This document shows, piece after piece, positions 54,051-63,403 of a DNA stretch of 64,000 bases. Every line of letters starts with the position of its first letter. The stretch's first letter is position 1. Source of the stretch: an uncultured Acidobacteriota bacterium. GTDB lineage: Bacteria; Acidobacteriota; Thermoanaerobaculia; Gp7-AA8. The translations under genes and the position numbers were made by a program. The notes below the pieces were generated by a model. It did no database searches. It had not been told where the DNA came from and was given only the letters and a program-made list of their open reading frames with translations. The stretch is from the NCBI GenBank assembly GCA_963822445.1, contig CAWGHO010000002.1, positions 1,184,001 to 1,248,000 on the forward strand. Reading direction: 5' to 3'.

Positions 54051-56983
54051 TGATTGCTGCCCTCCGGGCCGTCAGTCATCCTCAACACATCCGCGAGATG
54101 GCAGGTCGTCCGGCCGGTGGCCTGCTCGATCTGCTCGCGGCAGCTGAAACCGTTGGCGACGATCAGCGTGTCCGGATGGGCATCGCGCACCAGCGGCAGA
54201 ATCACCCGCTCCCCGATCTTCATCGACAGATCGTAATTGTGCGCGTCGAAACCGAACGCGCCGGCCATGCCGCAGCAACCGGAATCGGGATGTTGGAGAT
54301 CGAGGCCGATCTTGCGGAGGATGGCCTCTTCCGCGTCGAATTTCATCACCGCCTTGTGATGACAGTGCGCCTGGACGATGGCCTTCTTCCGGATTGTCGG
54401 CAACGCAACGTTTTCGCGCAGCAGAAACTCGCTCAGGGTCATCGTCGACGCGGCGAGCTTCTTCGCCCGCTCGTCATCGGGGTAGAGGCCGAGGAGCTCG
54501 TCGCGGAAGACCGAGACACAGCTTGGCTCGAGGCCGATGACAGGCAGGCCCTCGTCGAGCTCTGACGCCAGTCCGCTGAGCGTTTCGCGCAGGACCTTTT
54601 TCGCCAGCCCGAGAAATCCCCAGTCATACAGCGGACGCCCGCAACACAGCCGCTTGCGTGGAATCACGACCTCGTAGCCGGCCTGCTCCAGCACTTCCGC
54701 GGCGTTGAGCGCCGTTTCGGGAGTGAAGTGATTGTTGAACGTGTCCGGCCAGAGGACGACGCGGCGTCCGCCGTTCTTTCGTGGCTTGTACAGCTCGCGG
54801 AAGGTCTTCCGCGCGAACCGCGGCATGCGCCGTTGCGAAGCGACGCGGCTGAAGGGCTTCATCAGCGGCATGATCGCGTTCGTGAGCCGCGGCAGTTTCG
54901 AGCCGATGCCCGCCCACCAGTAGATCAGTCCCATCGTGTACGCCGGCATCGGCCGCAATCGCCGCGCGTAGTAGTGCGACATGAACTCGGCCTTCCACGT
55001 GGCCATGTCCACCTGCGTCGGGCAATCGCCCTTACAGCCTTTGCAGGCCAGGCAGAGATCGAGCGCCTCGCGAACCGCCTCGTTCTTCCAAGACGACGGC
55101 GTAATCTCCCCTTCGAACATCTCGAAGAGCAGCCGCGCGCGTCCGCGTGTCGAGTGCTCTTCCTCCCGCGTAACCTGGTAGCTCGGGCACATCGTCCCGC
55201 CGTCGAGCCGCCGGCACCGGCCTACGCCGACGCAGCGCAGCACGGCGTGATTCATCCGCCCGTGATCTTCGGTGAATTGGAAATGGGTCTTGGGATTCCA
55301 CGGCGCGTAATCGGCGCCGAGGCGGAGGTTTTCGTCGAGCTTGTAGGGGGAGATCACCTTCCCCGGGTTCATCCGCCACTCCGGATCCCAGAGCGATTTG
55401 AACTCGCGGAAGGCCTGCATCAGCTCCGGCCCGAACATCTTCTCCAGCAGCTCGCCGCGCGCCTGCCCGTCGCCATGCTCGCCGGAGAACGAGCCACCGT
55501 ACGACGACACGAGATCCGCGGCCTCGTAGATGAAGGAGCGAAACTTGGCGATCCCCGCGGTCGACGTGAGCTCGAAGTTCGTGCGCGTGTGCACGCATCC
55601 GTCGCCGAAGTGTCCGTACAGATCGCCGCCGTATTCGTAGCGGTCGAGGAGAGTCCGGAGATCGCGCAGATAGGCGCCCAGTTTTTCCGGCGCGACCGCG
55701 GCGTCCTCCCACCCTTCCCACATCAGCGGCTTGCCCGGCACATGTCCGGTCGCGCCGAGCCCGGATTCGCGCACGGCCCAGACGAATCGAGCTTCGGCAG
55801 AGCTGTTGTTGAAGATTCGCGTTCGCGTTCCGTCGAGCGAGGTCGCGCACTTTTCGGCCTTCGCCAGCGCTTCGTCGATCGTAGCCGCGCCGAATTCGAC
55901 GAGCAGCCACCCGCCGCCCGGCGGCAACAGCGCGATGCCGTGCGGATTCATCTTCTTGTGTTTCTGATCGCGCACCAGCAGATCGTCGAAGCCTTCCAGG
56001 CCGATCGGGCCGAAGCCGAGCACGCGCGGCACGTCGTCCGCCGCGTCGTAGACCGTCGGGTAGGCGACGACGAGCAGGGCGCGCGCCGGCGGGCTGTAGA
56101 CCAGCTTTGTTTTCGCCTCGAGCACGAGCACGCACGTCGATTCCGATCCGACCAGCGCGCGCGCGACGTTGAAACCGTTCTCGGGAAGCAGATCGTCGAG
56201 GTTGTAGCCGGAGACGCGCCGCGGAATCTTCGGGAAGCGCGAACGAATCAGGTCCGCGTACTTCGTGCGGATTGCGTTCAGCCCCGCGTAAATCTCGCCG
56301 CGCCGTCCGCCGCCGTCGATGATGCGCGTGAGCTCTTCGTCCGAAGTCGCGCCGACGCGCATCCGCACGCCGTCGTAGGTCAGGATCTCCAGCTCCTCGA
56401 TGTTGTCGACGGTCTTGCCGGACATGATCGAGTGCACGCCGCAGGAGTTGTTGCCGATCATGCCGCCGAGGGTGCATTGGGCGTGGGTGGCGGGATCGGG
56501 GCCGAAGGTGAGCGTGTGCAGCTCGGCCTGCGCGCGCAGGTCATCGAGCACGATGCCCGGCTCGACGCGCGCGAACTTCTCGACCGGGTTCATCTCCACG
56601 ACGTGGTGCATGTACTTCGAGAAATCGAGGACGACCGCGACGTTGCAGCATTGCCCGGCCAGGCTCGTTCCCGCGCCGCGGCCGAGGATCGGTGCGCCAT
56701 GGCGGCGGGCCAGCTCGACGGCGGTGACGACGTCGTGCGCGTCGCGGGGCATGACCACGCCGATCGGGACCTGGCGGTAGTTCGACGCGTCGGTCGCGTA
56801 CAGCGCGCGCGAGCCATCGTCGAACCGCACCTCGCCGCGAATGGCCCGCTTGAGCGCCTCGGCCAGCGCGGCGGCGTCGACGTTCAGCGATTGAATGCGA
56901 TCGCTGTGCTCGACACGTTCCGCCACGCTCCGGTCTTCATGACGAAACGGGACCGGCGCGTAACGGTTGATCTCGAGGCTCAC
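54047..56983 (-). CDS. FAD-binding and (Fe-S)-binding oxidoreductase (YdiJ/GlcD-GlcF fusion type)
   Basis: YATDASNY, RGAGTSLAGQ, GEHGDG, CVGVGRC, CLACKGCKGDCP, CCG motifs. Confidence 0.93.
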   Translation of the reverse strand: MSLEINRYAPVPFRHEDRSVAERVEHSDRIQSLNVDAAALAEALKRAIRGEVRFDDGSRALYATDASNYRQVPIGVVMPRDAHDVVTAVELARRHGAPILGRGAGTSLAGQCCNVAVVLDFSKYMHHVVEMNPVEKFARVEPGIVLDDLRAQAELHTLTFGPDPATHAQCTLGGMIGNNSCGVHSIMSGKTVDNIEELEILTYDGVRMRVGATSDEELTRIIDGGGRRGEIYAGLNAIRTKYADLIRSRFPKIPRRVSGYNLDDLLPENGFNVARALVGSESTCVLVLEAKTKLVYSPPARALLVVAYPTVYDAADDVPRVLGFGPIGLEGFDDLLVRDQKHKKMNPHGIALLPPGGGWLLVEFGAATIDEALAKAEKCATSLDGTRTRIFNNSSAEARFVWAVRESGLGATGHVPGKPLMWEGWEDAAVAPEKLGAYLRDLRTLLDRYEYGGDLYGHFGDGCVHTRTNFELTSTAGIAKFRSFIYEAADLVSSYGGSFSGEHGDGQARGELLEKMFGPELMQAFREFKSLWDPEWRMNPGKVISPYKLDENLRLGADYAPWNPKTHFQFTEDHGRMNHAVLRCVGVGRCRRLDGGTMCPSYQVTREEEHSTRGRARLLFEMFEGEITPSSWKNEAVREALDLCLACKGCKGDCPTQVDMATWKAEFMSHYYARRLRPMPAYTMGLIYWWAGIGSKLPRLTNAIMPLMKPFSRVASQRRMPRFARKTFRELYKPRKNGGRRVVLWPDTFNNHFTPETALNAAEVLEQAGYEVVIPRKRLCCGRPLYDWGFLGLAKKVLRETLSGLASELDEGLPVIGLEPSCVSVFRDELLGLYPDDERAKKLAASTMTLSEFLLRENVALPTIRKKAIVQAHCHHKAVMKFDAEEAILRKIGLDLQHPDSGCCGMAGAFGFDAHNYDLSMKIGERVILPLVRDAHPDTLIVANGFSCREQIEQATGRTTCHLADVLRMTDGPEGSNQ

Positions 56984-56995
56984 GGGTTAGGGAGC

Positions 56996-57415
56996 TTACT
57001 TCTTCTTCGCGGCGGATTTCCTTGCGCTCGACTTCTTCGAAGAAGAGGATTTTTTCGCGCTGGACGCCTTCTTCGAGCTCGCCTTCTTCGCCGGCGCCTT
57101 CGTCGCGCTCGACTTCTTCGCGCTCGACTTCTTCGCGCTCGACTTCACGCTGCTCCGGTCGACCAGCTTGTTGAACCGGTTCCCGCGCTCGTTGGAGAGC
57201 AGCACCGCGAGCTTGTTCTTGTCGAACCACTCGAAGAACTCGTCCCACTCGATCGTCTCGAGCGTGTCCTCGCCGGAAAATCCGGGGAAGTCGATGCGGA
57301 GGATTCCCGGGTCCGCGCCGCGGCCCGTAGCCTTCACGCGCGCCGGCCGGCCCTTGCGCGCTTCAACCCACTTGCGAATGGTGTCGTGATCGGTAGTCGG
57401 TTTTGCTGTTGCCAT
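56996..57415 (-). CDS. Small protein with TTDH..IR.W domain and Lys/Ala/Ser-rich histone H1-like tail
   Basis: TTDHDTIRKWVEARKGRPA..LRIDFP..WDEFF, then KKSSA repeats encoded by 15-bp tandem repeats. Confidence 0.85.
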   Translation of the reverse strand: MATAKPTTDHDTIRKWVEARKGRPARVKATGRGADPGILRIDFPGFSGEDTLETIEWDEFFEWFDKNKLAVLLSNERGNRFNKLVDRSSVKSSAKKSSAKKSSATKAPAKKASSKKASSAKKSSSSKKSSARKSAAKKK

Positions 57416-57429
57416 GGGTTTGCACTCGT

Positions 57430-57443
57430 GCAGAAAGCGTTCC
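57430..57443 (-). promoter_or_regulatory. Putative sigma54 promoter of the histone-like-tail gene
   Basis: GGAACGCTTTCTGC (GG-N10-GC) 14 nt upstream of the ATG. Confidence 0.45.
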
Positions 57444-57456
57444 GTACAATCACGTC

Positions 57457-58839
57457 ATGCGAAATGGGTGGCTCGCTCGCGCTGGGATGCGCATCGCCGA
57501 CGTCTGCGAGAGGTGGTTTCCCGATGCCTTCGTGTTCGCGCTCGCGGCGATCGTGATCGTTTTCTGCGGCGGCCTGTCCATCGGCGTTCCCGCCTCGAAA
57601 CTGGCCGCGGAGTTCGGCGGCGGATTCTGGTCGCTGGTGAACTTCACCATGCAGATGGCGATCATCATCGTCGGCGGGTTCGTGGTCGCCAGCTCGCCTG
57701 CCGTCGCCCGCGTCACGACGCGGCTCGCGGCGATCCCGAAAACGGCGCGCGGTGCGGTCGCCTTCGTGGCGACGTTCGCCATCCTCTCCGCGCTCATCTC
57801 GTGGGGCCTGTCGCTGATCTTCACCGGCCTGCTGGTCCGCGAAGTCGCGCGCAGAATCGATAAGGTCGACTACCGAGCTCTCGGTGCCGCCGCGTATCTC
57901 GGCCTGGGCACGGTCTGGGCGCTCGGCCTGTCCTCGTCCGCGGCGTTGCTGCAGGCCACACCATCCGCGATCCCGCCGTCGCTCCTGCCGATCACCGGCG
58001 TGATTCCGCTAACGCAGACGATCTTCCTCTGGCAGAGCATGGCCATGGCCGCGATCCTCGGCGGCGTGGCGATCGCCATCGCCTACTTCTCCGCGCCGCG
58101 CGAGCAGGACGCGCGAACGTTCGCGCAGGCCGGCGTGACGTTCGAGCCGTTCATGCCCGAAGTGCCCGCGGTTCGCACGCCGGCGGATCGTCTGGAGAAC
58201 AGCCCGATCCTCAGCGTGTTGTGCGCGGGCCTGATGCTGTGGTTTCTCGCGCAGCAGCTCCGGGCACGCGGCGGCCTGGCGGCGGTCGATCTCAACAACT
58301 TCAACTTCGCCTTCCTAGCCCTCGGCCTGCTGCTCCACTGGCGCCCGCGATCGTTTCTGCGAGCCGTCGCGCAGTCCGTTCCGGCGATCGCCGGCGTGGT
58401 CATTCAGTTCCCGTTTTACGGCGGCATCTTCGGGATGATCTCCAAAACGCCGCTATCGGAACGGCTCGCGGATCTCTTCATTCAATTCAGCACGAAAGAG
58501 ACGTTTCCAGTGGTCGTCGCCGTCTACTCCGCCGTTCTCGACCTCTTCCTGCCGTCGGGCGGCGGCAAATGGGTGGTAGAAGCTCCGTACGTGATGAAGG
58601 CCGCGAACGAGCTCGGAGTGCACCTCGGCTGGACGATCCAGGTCTACAACGTCTCCGAGACCGTGCCCAACCTGATCAACCCCTTCTGGATGCTGCCGCT
58701 GATGGGCATCCTCAACGTCAAGGCCCGGGATCTCGCCGGCTACTCGATCCTGCAGCTGCTTTTCCTGATGCCGATCACGCTACTGCTGTGCTGGCTATTT
58801 GCTCAGACTTTGCCCTATCTGCCGCCGGTGGCGCCGTGA
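57457..58839 (+). CDS. atoE: Short-chain fatty acid transporter (AtoE family)
   Basis: ERWFPDAFVFA, FTMQM, VDYRAL, QFPFYGGI, PSGGGKW..EAP, NLINPFWMLP. Confidence 0.88.
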   Translation: MRNGWLARAGMRIADVCERWFPDAFVFALAAIVIVFCGGLSIGVPASKLAAEFGGGFWSLVNFTMQMAIIIVGGFVVASSPAVARVTTRLAAIPKTARGAVAFVATFAILSALISWGLSLIFTGLLVREVARRIDKVDYRALGAAAYLGLGTVWALGLSSSAALLQATPSAIPPSLLPITGVIPLTQTIFLWQSMAMAAILGGVAIAIAYFSAPREQDARTFAQAGVTFEPFMPEVPAVRTPADRLENSPILSVLCAGLMLWFLAQQLRARGGLAAVDLNNFNFAFLALGLLLHWRPRSFLRAVAQSVPAIAGVVIQFPFYGGIFGMISKTPLSERLADLFIQFSTKETFPVVVAVYSAVLDLFLPSGGGKWVVEAPYVMKAANELGVHLGWTIQVYNVSETVPNLINPFWMLPLMGILNVKARDLAGYSILQLLFLMPITLLLCWLFAQTLPYLPPVAP

Positions 58840-58845
58840 CGGCCG

Positions 58846-58871
58846 CGAAACCTAACCGAAGCACGTTCGTA
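58846..58871 (+). promoter_or_regulatory. Putative ECF-sigma promoter
   Basis: CGAAAC-N16-CGTA, matching the SigW-type consensus spacing. Confidence 0.45.
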
Positions 58872-58886
58872 ACCGTATTAGTACTC

Positions 58887-59729
58887 ATGCGGCGCTTTGC
58901 CCTAGTTGTGCTCACGCTCCTCATCGGTTTTCCGATGGCGGCGAAGACCGAGCGCCAGATCATCGGCGTGGAGCAGGACCATTCCATCGCCCAGGTCGGC
59001 GACTGCGACGACTTCTTCAAGACCGTCTTCACGACCTTCCCCGCTTCGGCCGACGAGCGCGAGCAGCGCGACCTGCCCATGACCGGCGTGGCCAAGCTCC
59101 GCGTCACGGCGACACAGGAAGGCGGCGTCTCGGTGCGAGGCTGGACGCGGCCTTTCGCGCGGATGATCACCTGCCGCGCCGCGGTTGCGCAGACGCAGAC
59201 ACACGCGCGCCGCGTGCTCGACGCGATCAAGGTCGACTATCGCGAAGGAGAGATCTCCGCGTACGGCCCGGCCACGAATGCCACGCAGGCCTGGTGGGTG
59301 AACTTCATCCTTTACGTTCCGCGCCGCGCCGCGGTCGATGTCCGCGCGGCGAGCGGCGGCGTCGCCATCCGCAACATGGACGGCAACGTGACCGCGCATG
59401 CGACCAGCGGCGGCATCTCCGTCGCCCAGGGCGCGGGCAGTTTCAAGATCTCGACGGACAGCGGCGGCATCACGCTTGATCGCCTTTCCGGCAGCGTCGA
59501 TGCGGCGTCGCGCGAAGGTGCGATCGCGCTCAAGATCGCCCACGACGATTCGCCGACGCTCGAGGCGCGCACCGAAGAAGCGGGGCAGATCCGCTGTCAT
59601 CTGCTGCGATGCGAGACCGGTCTCGGCAGTTGGACGGCGGACCGCAAGCAACTCCGCATCGGTCCTTCGCCCCCCTCGATCCGGCTTTCGACGACCGGCG
59701 CGGCGATCATCATCGACGCCGTTCGCTAG
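58887..59729 (+). CDS. Secreted DUF4097-like beta-strand repeat protein
   Basis: Signal peptide; repeated xSGGI/V units. Confidence 0.75.
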   Translation: MRRFALVVLTLLIGFPMAAKTERQIIGVEQDHSIAQVGDCDDFFKTVFTTFPASADEREQRDLPMTGVAKLRVTATQEGGVSVRGWTRPFARMITCRAAVAQTQTHARRVLDAIKVDYREGEISAYGPATNATQAWWVNFILYVPRRAAVDVRAASGGVAIRNMDGNVTAHATSGGISVAQGAGSFKISTDSGGITLDRLSGSVDAASREGAIALKIAHDDSPTLEARTEEAGQIRCHLLRCETGLGSWTADRKQLRIGPSPPSIRLSTTGAAIIIDAVR

Positions 59730-59731
59730 CG

Positions 59732-59798
59732 GTGTAGTGTGGGCCTCCGGCCTACTTTCGTCCCCCCGCCCGTGGTAGGCCGGAGGCCCACACTACAC
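59732..59798. repeat. Inverted pair of GTAG-type REP-like sequences
   Basis: gtgtagtgtgggcctccggcctac - 19-nt spacer - gtaggccggaggcccacactacac, perfect 24-bp inverted repeat. Confidence 0.85.
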
Positions 59799-59819
59799 GG
59801 GCGTCCTAGCGGCTGGAAG

Positions 59820-59833
59820 GGCACAGAACCTGC
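59820..59833 (+). promoter_or_regulatory. Putative sigma54 promoter of the nucleotidyltransferase operon
   Basis: GGCACAGAACCTGC (GG-N10-GC) 13 nt upstream of ATG 59847. Confidence 0.55.
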
Positions 59834-59846
59834 TCTTTAGCGGGCC

Positions 59847-60650
59847 ATGGCAGCCACTCAACCGCTCCTCGGCGAGAAGAGCATCGGCTTCTACCGGCAT
59901 GCGCTCTCCATCCTCACCGACGCAGGCATCCCCCATCTCGTCGGCGGCGCGTACGCGTATGCCCGCTACACCGGGATCGAGCGTCACACCAAGGACTTCG
60001 ACGTTTTCATCCGTCGCGAGGACTTCCGCCGCGCGGCCTGGGCATTCAAGAAAGCCGGCTATCGCACCGAGCTGACCTTTCCGCACTGGATCGGCAAGGC
60101 CTACTCGGGCGAGGACTTCGTCGATCTGATCTTCAGCGCCGGCAACGGCGTGGCCAGTGTCGACGAACGTTGGTTCGACAAGGCCGTGAAGGAACAGGTT
60201 TTCGGCGTGGACGTGCTGCTCATTCCGCCCGAAGAGATGATCTGGTCGAAGGGCCTGATCATGGAGCGGGAGCGTTTCGACGGCGCGGACGTCGCGCATG
60301 TGATCCGCGCGACGGGCGACAAGCTCGACTGGCGGCATCTCATCGATCGCTACGGTCCATTCTGGCGCGCCCTGTTCGCGCATCTCGTCCTGTACGGCTT
60401 CATCTACCCCTCCGATCGCTCGAAGGTTCCCGCGTGGGTCATGGACGAGTTGACCCAGAAGGTGCAGGACGAAACCCGAGCCGGTGATTCCGACGACAAG
60501 GTCTGCTACGGCACGGTCATCTCCCGCCAGCAGTACCTCAAGGACATCACCGAATGGGGCTACGAGGACGCGCGGCTGACCCATGAGCTGATGGACCAGA
60601 AAGAGATCGACGACTGGACCGCTGGCATCGAGATCGACGGAGCGAAATGA
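59847..60650 (+). CDS. Nucleotidyltransferase-family protein (Pol-beta superfamily)
   Basis: LVGGAYA...RHTKDFDVF (GG..A / DxD motif), VDLIF. Confidence 0.85.
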   Translation: MAATQPLLGEKSIGFYRHALSILTDAGIPHLVGGAYAYARYTGIERHTKDFDVFIRREDFRRAAWAFKKAGYRTELTFPHWIGKAYSGEDFVDLIFSAGNGVASVDERWFDKAVKEQVFGVDVLLIPPEEMIWSKGLIMERERFDGADVAHVIRATGDKLDWRHLIDRYGPFWRALFAHLVLYGFIYPSDRSKVPAWVMDELTQKVQDETRAGDSDDKVCYGTVISRQQYLKDITEWGYEDARLTHELMDQKEIDDWTAGIEIDGAK

Positions 60651-60651
60651 C

Positions 60652-61407
60652 GTGGGCGAACGGGACACGCTGAGAATCGCCGCGGTTGCCGACATCCATG
60701 TGAAGAAGACTTCGCAGGGAGCGTTTCAACCGCTCTTCTCGAAAATCACCGAGAGCGCGGACGTGCTGCTGCTCTGCGGCGATCTGACCGACTACGGAAC
60801 GCCGGAAGAGGGGAAGATTCTCGCGAAAGAGATCACCTCCGCGCTCCGCATTCCGGCGATCGCGGTTCTCGGCAATCACGACTACGAGTCGGGCCACGAG
60901 AAAGAGTTGACGGCGATCCTCGCCGATGCCGGCGTGACCGTGCTCGATGGCGATTCGTACGAGCTGCACGGCGTCGGATTCGCGGGCGTCAAAGGCTTCG
61001 CCGGCGGCTTCGGCCGCCGCTCCCTCGGCGCCTGGGGCGAGCAGATCATCAAGAGCTTCGTCCACGAGACGATCAACGAAGCGCTGAAGCTCGAGGCCGC
61101 GCTGGCGAGGTTGCGCACGCCGCAGAAGATCGCCCTGCTGCATTACTCGCCGATCCAGGCGACGGTCAACGGCGAGCCGCCGGAGATCATCGCCTTCCTC
61201 GGCTCGAGCCGGCTCGAGGAGCCGCTCGATCGCTATCGCGTGAACGCCGTCTTCCACGGTCACGCGCATCGGGGCAGCCCCGAGGGGCGGACGAAGGGAA
61301 ATGCGCCGGTCTACAACGTGGCCATGCACGTGCTGGCGAACTCGTATCCCAATGAGCCACCGTTTCGCGTGATCGAAGTCCCGGTCGGCGAGGAAGCGAT
61401 CGCCTGA
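60652..61407 (+). CDS. Calcineurin-like metallophosphoesterase
   Basis: ADIH, GDLTD, GNHD, H, HGHAH. Confidence 0.92.
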   Translation: MGERDTLRIAAVADIHVKKTSQGAFQPLFSKITESADVLLLCGDLTDYGTPEEGKILAKEITSALRIPAIAVLGNHDYESGHEKELTAILADAGVTVLDGDSYELHGVGFAGVKGFAGGFGRRSLGAWGEQIIKSFVHETINEALKLEAALARLRTPQKIALLHYSPIQATVNGEPPEIIAFLGSSRLEEPLDRYRVNAVFHGHAHRGSPEGRTKGNAPVYNVAMHVLANSYPNEPPFRVIEVPVGEEAIA

Positions 61408-61408
61408 T

Positions 61409-63403
61409 TCAGTCCGGGCTCACGAAAACGCCGGAAGGCGCGCGCACGGGTCGTCCCTTCACCGAAATGTCGAGAGCTCGCCATTCCTCGCCCGCGGTGC
61501 CGGTGCGATAAATCACCAGCGACTGCCGGCGCAGGTCCGCGCCGATCTCGTTCCAGTGCGCGCCCAGGGCTTCGAGCGACTTCATCTCGAAGGCCTTTCC
61601 GCCGGTCCGCTTGCTGAGTGCCATCAGCGGCTTCGTTGCTTCTTCCGGCGCAAAAGCGAGCACGTAAATCGGCACGCCCGCCCGCCGCGCAACCTCGGCC
61701 ACGTCTGCCGACGAGAAGTCGCTGTCGCCATCCAGTCCGTCGCTGAAGACGATCATCGCTTTGCGCGAGCCGGTCGACTGCAACTGCAGCAGCGCGTTGA
61801 TCATCGCGTCGTACAACGCCGTGCCTCCGCGCGGCTGAATGGCGAGGATCGATCGCACGGCCGCGGCGCGATCGCTGGACGGCCGAAGCAGGACGCGAAC
61901 GTTGCTGGAGAACGCGACGATCATCGTGCGATCGCGCGGCTCGATGTTCTCCTCGATGAATCGCACCGCTGCTTCCTGCACGTCGAGCATGTGCGGGGTC
62001 ATGCTCGATGAGGAATCGATGAGGAGGCCGATGAGAAGCGGCGCGTCGGCGGGCTGGACGATGCGCTCGACGGGGCGCTGAATCCCGGCCTCGCGCACGA
62101 TCACGTCCGCTGTCGGTGCACCCACCTCGAAATACGCGGGCACTTCGACGAGATGCGCTCCCGCTTCGAAGAGCACCGGTGTGTTGGCCATGACAACGTC
62201 TTCGACCTCGGAACCGTCATCGAGCCGCAGCACGGCACGGAGCAGACCCTGTTCGGCGTTACCGACGTCGACGCGCGTCCGGTACGGCGGCGCGGTGAAG
62301 CGCGCGACCTGCTTCCCGTTCCATTCGATGGTGACCTGCTCGGCCGCGCGTCCGCGCGGAACGCGCGCGGATACGAGAACGTCGACGACACCGGTGAGGT
62401 AACTCTGGCGCGGCTCGATGAAGTCGACGTCGAAGGCCTCGCTGCGCTCGTTCACGACCACGATCGCGCGGTCCGTGACCTTGCCGCCGCGGTCGAGCGC
62501 AATCAGCTCGAGCACCTGCCGCTCCGGGATGCGCCCGAAGTGAATCGCGGCCGCGAATGGCGCACGGCGCGCGGTCGCCACGCGTTTTCCATCGAGCTTG
62601 AACTCGACCATCGCTGTGTTTTTCGCGACCGTTCGCGGCTGAATCGAGCGGCGGCCGGCGACAACCGTTCCCGGCGCGCCGAGGCCGATGACTGGCGAGA
62701 GGAGATCGGCGGCTTGTTGACGCGCGGCGAGTGCGTTCTGTCGCGCGAACTTTCCCTCGGCCAGGCTGACCGCGCGATCGTAAGCTTCGATCGCATCCTC
62801 GTAGCGTCCCTGCACGACGCGGATGTCGCCGAGGGCCATCCAGGCTTCGAACTTCACCCGGGCCGTCGAGCCTTCCCGCGCGTGTTGCGCAAACACCTCG
62901 TCGCGCATCGCGTTCAGCCGCTCCAGCCAGATCGCGGCGAGCTCGCGATTCTCCACCGAGTCCGAGGTGCGCATGGTTTCAAGGCGTGCGCGGCCTCCGG
63001 CCTTGTCGCCGAACGCGAGAGCCATGAGTGCGCGCTCGCGCTCCCCGCGATTCGCTCCGATCAGGTACGGCGCTGCATGCTCGATGAGCACGAGAATCTC
63101 GGAGAGCGTCAGCCAGTCGGGCATGTGATTCCAGCGCATGACTTCGAGGCCCGCCGGATCCCTGACCGCGATCGAAGCTCGTTCTCCCGCGGCCGCGATC
63201 TCCGTTTCGAACTTCACCGCGGCAAGACGCCGCTGCATGGCCGGATGGCGGACCGCTTGCTCGAAGGCTTCGCACGGGCTCGCGCAATCGGCGGGTCGGG
63301 AGAAGACGACCACTGGTTTTTGAGCGAAGGCTGGGACCGCGATGAAAAGTAGAATCGCCGCGATGCGGCACCAGGCATTCGACGGCGAGGTCACGCGGGA
63401 CAT
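61409..63403 (-). CDS. Secreted VWA-domain protein with TPR and Ig-like domains
   Basis: Signal-like VPAFAQ; TPR (GRYEDAIEAYDRA); APF/PPY Ig-like repeats; MIDAS DSSSS, GTALYDA, FSDG. Start codon uncertain. Confidence 0.85.
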   Translation of the reverse strand: MSRVTSPSNAWCRIAAILLFIAVPAFAQKPVVVFSRPADCASPCEAFEQAVRHPAMQRRLAAVKFETEIAAAGERASIAVRDPAGLEVMRWNHMPDWLTLSEILVLIEHAAPYLIGANRGERERALMALAFGDKAGGRARLETMRTSDSVENRELAAIWLERLNAMRDEVFAQHAREGSTARVKFEAWMALGDIRVVQGRYEDAIEAYDRAVSLAEGKFARQNALAARQQAADLLSPVIGLGAPGTVVAGRRSIQPRTVAKNTAMVEFKLDGKRVATARRAPFAAAIHFGRIPERQVLELIALDRGGKVTDRAIVVVNERSEAFDVDFIEPRQSYLTGVVDVLVSARVPRGRAAEQVTIEWNGKQVARFTAPPYRTRVDVGNAEQGLLRAVLRLDDGSEVEDVVMANTPVLFEAGAHLVEVPAYFEVGAPTADVIVREAGIQRPVERIVQPADAPLLIGLLIDSSSSMTPHMLDVQEAAVRFIEENIEPRDRTMIVAFSSNVRVLLRPSSDRAAAVRSILAIQPRGGTALYDAMINALLQLQSTGSRKAMIVFSDGLDGDSDFSSADVAEVARRAGVPIYVLAFAPEEATKPLMALSKRTGGKAFEMKSLEALGAHWNEIGADLRRQSLVIYRTGTAGEEWRALDISVKGRPVRAPSGVFVSPD

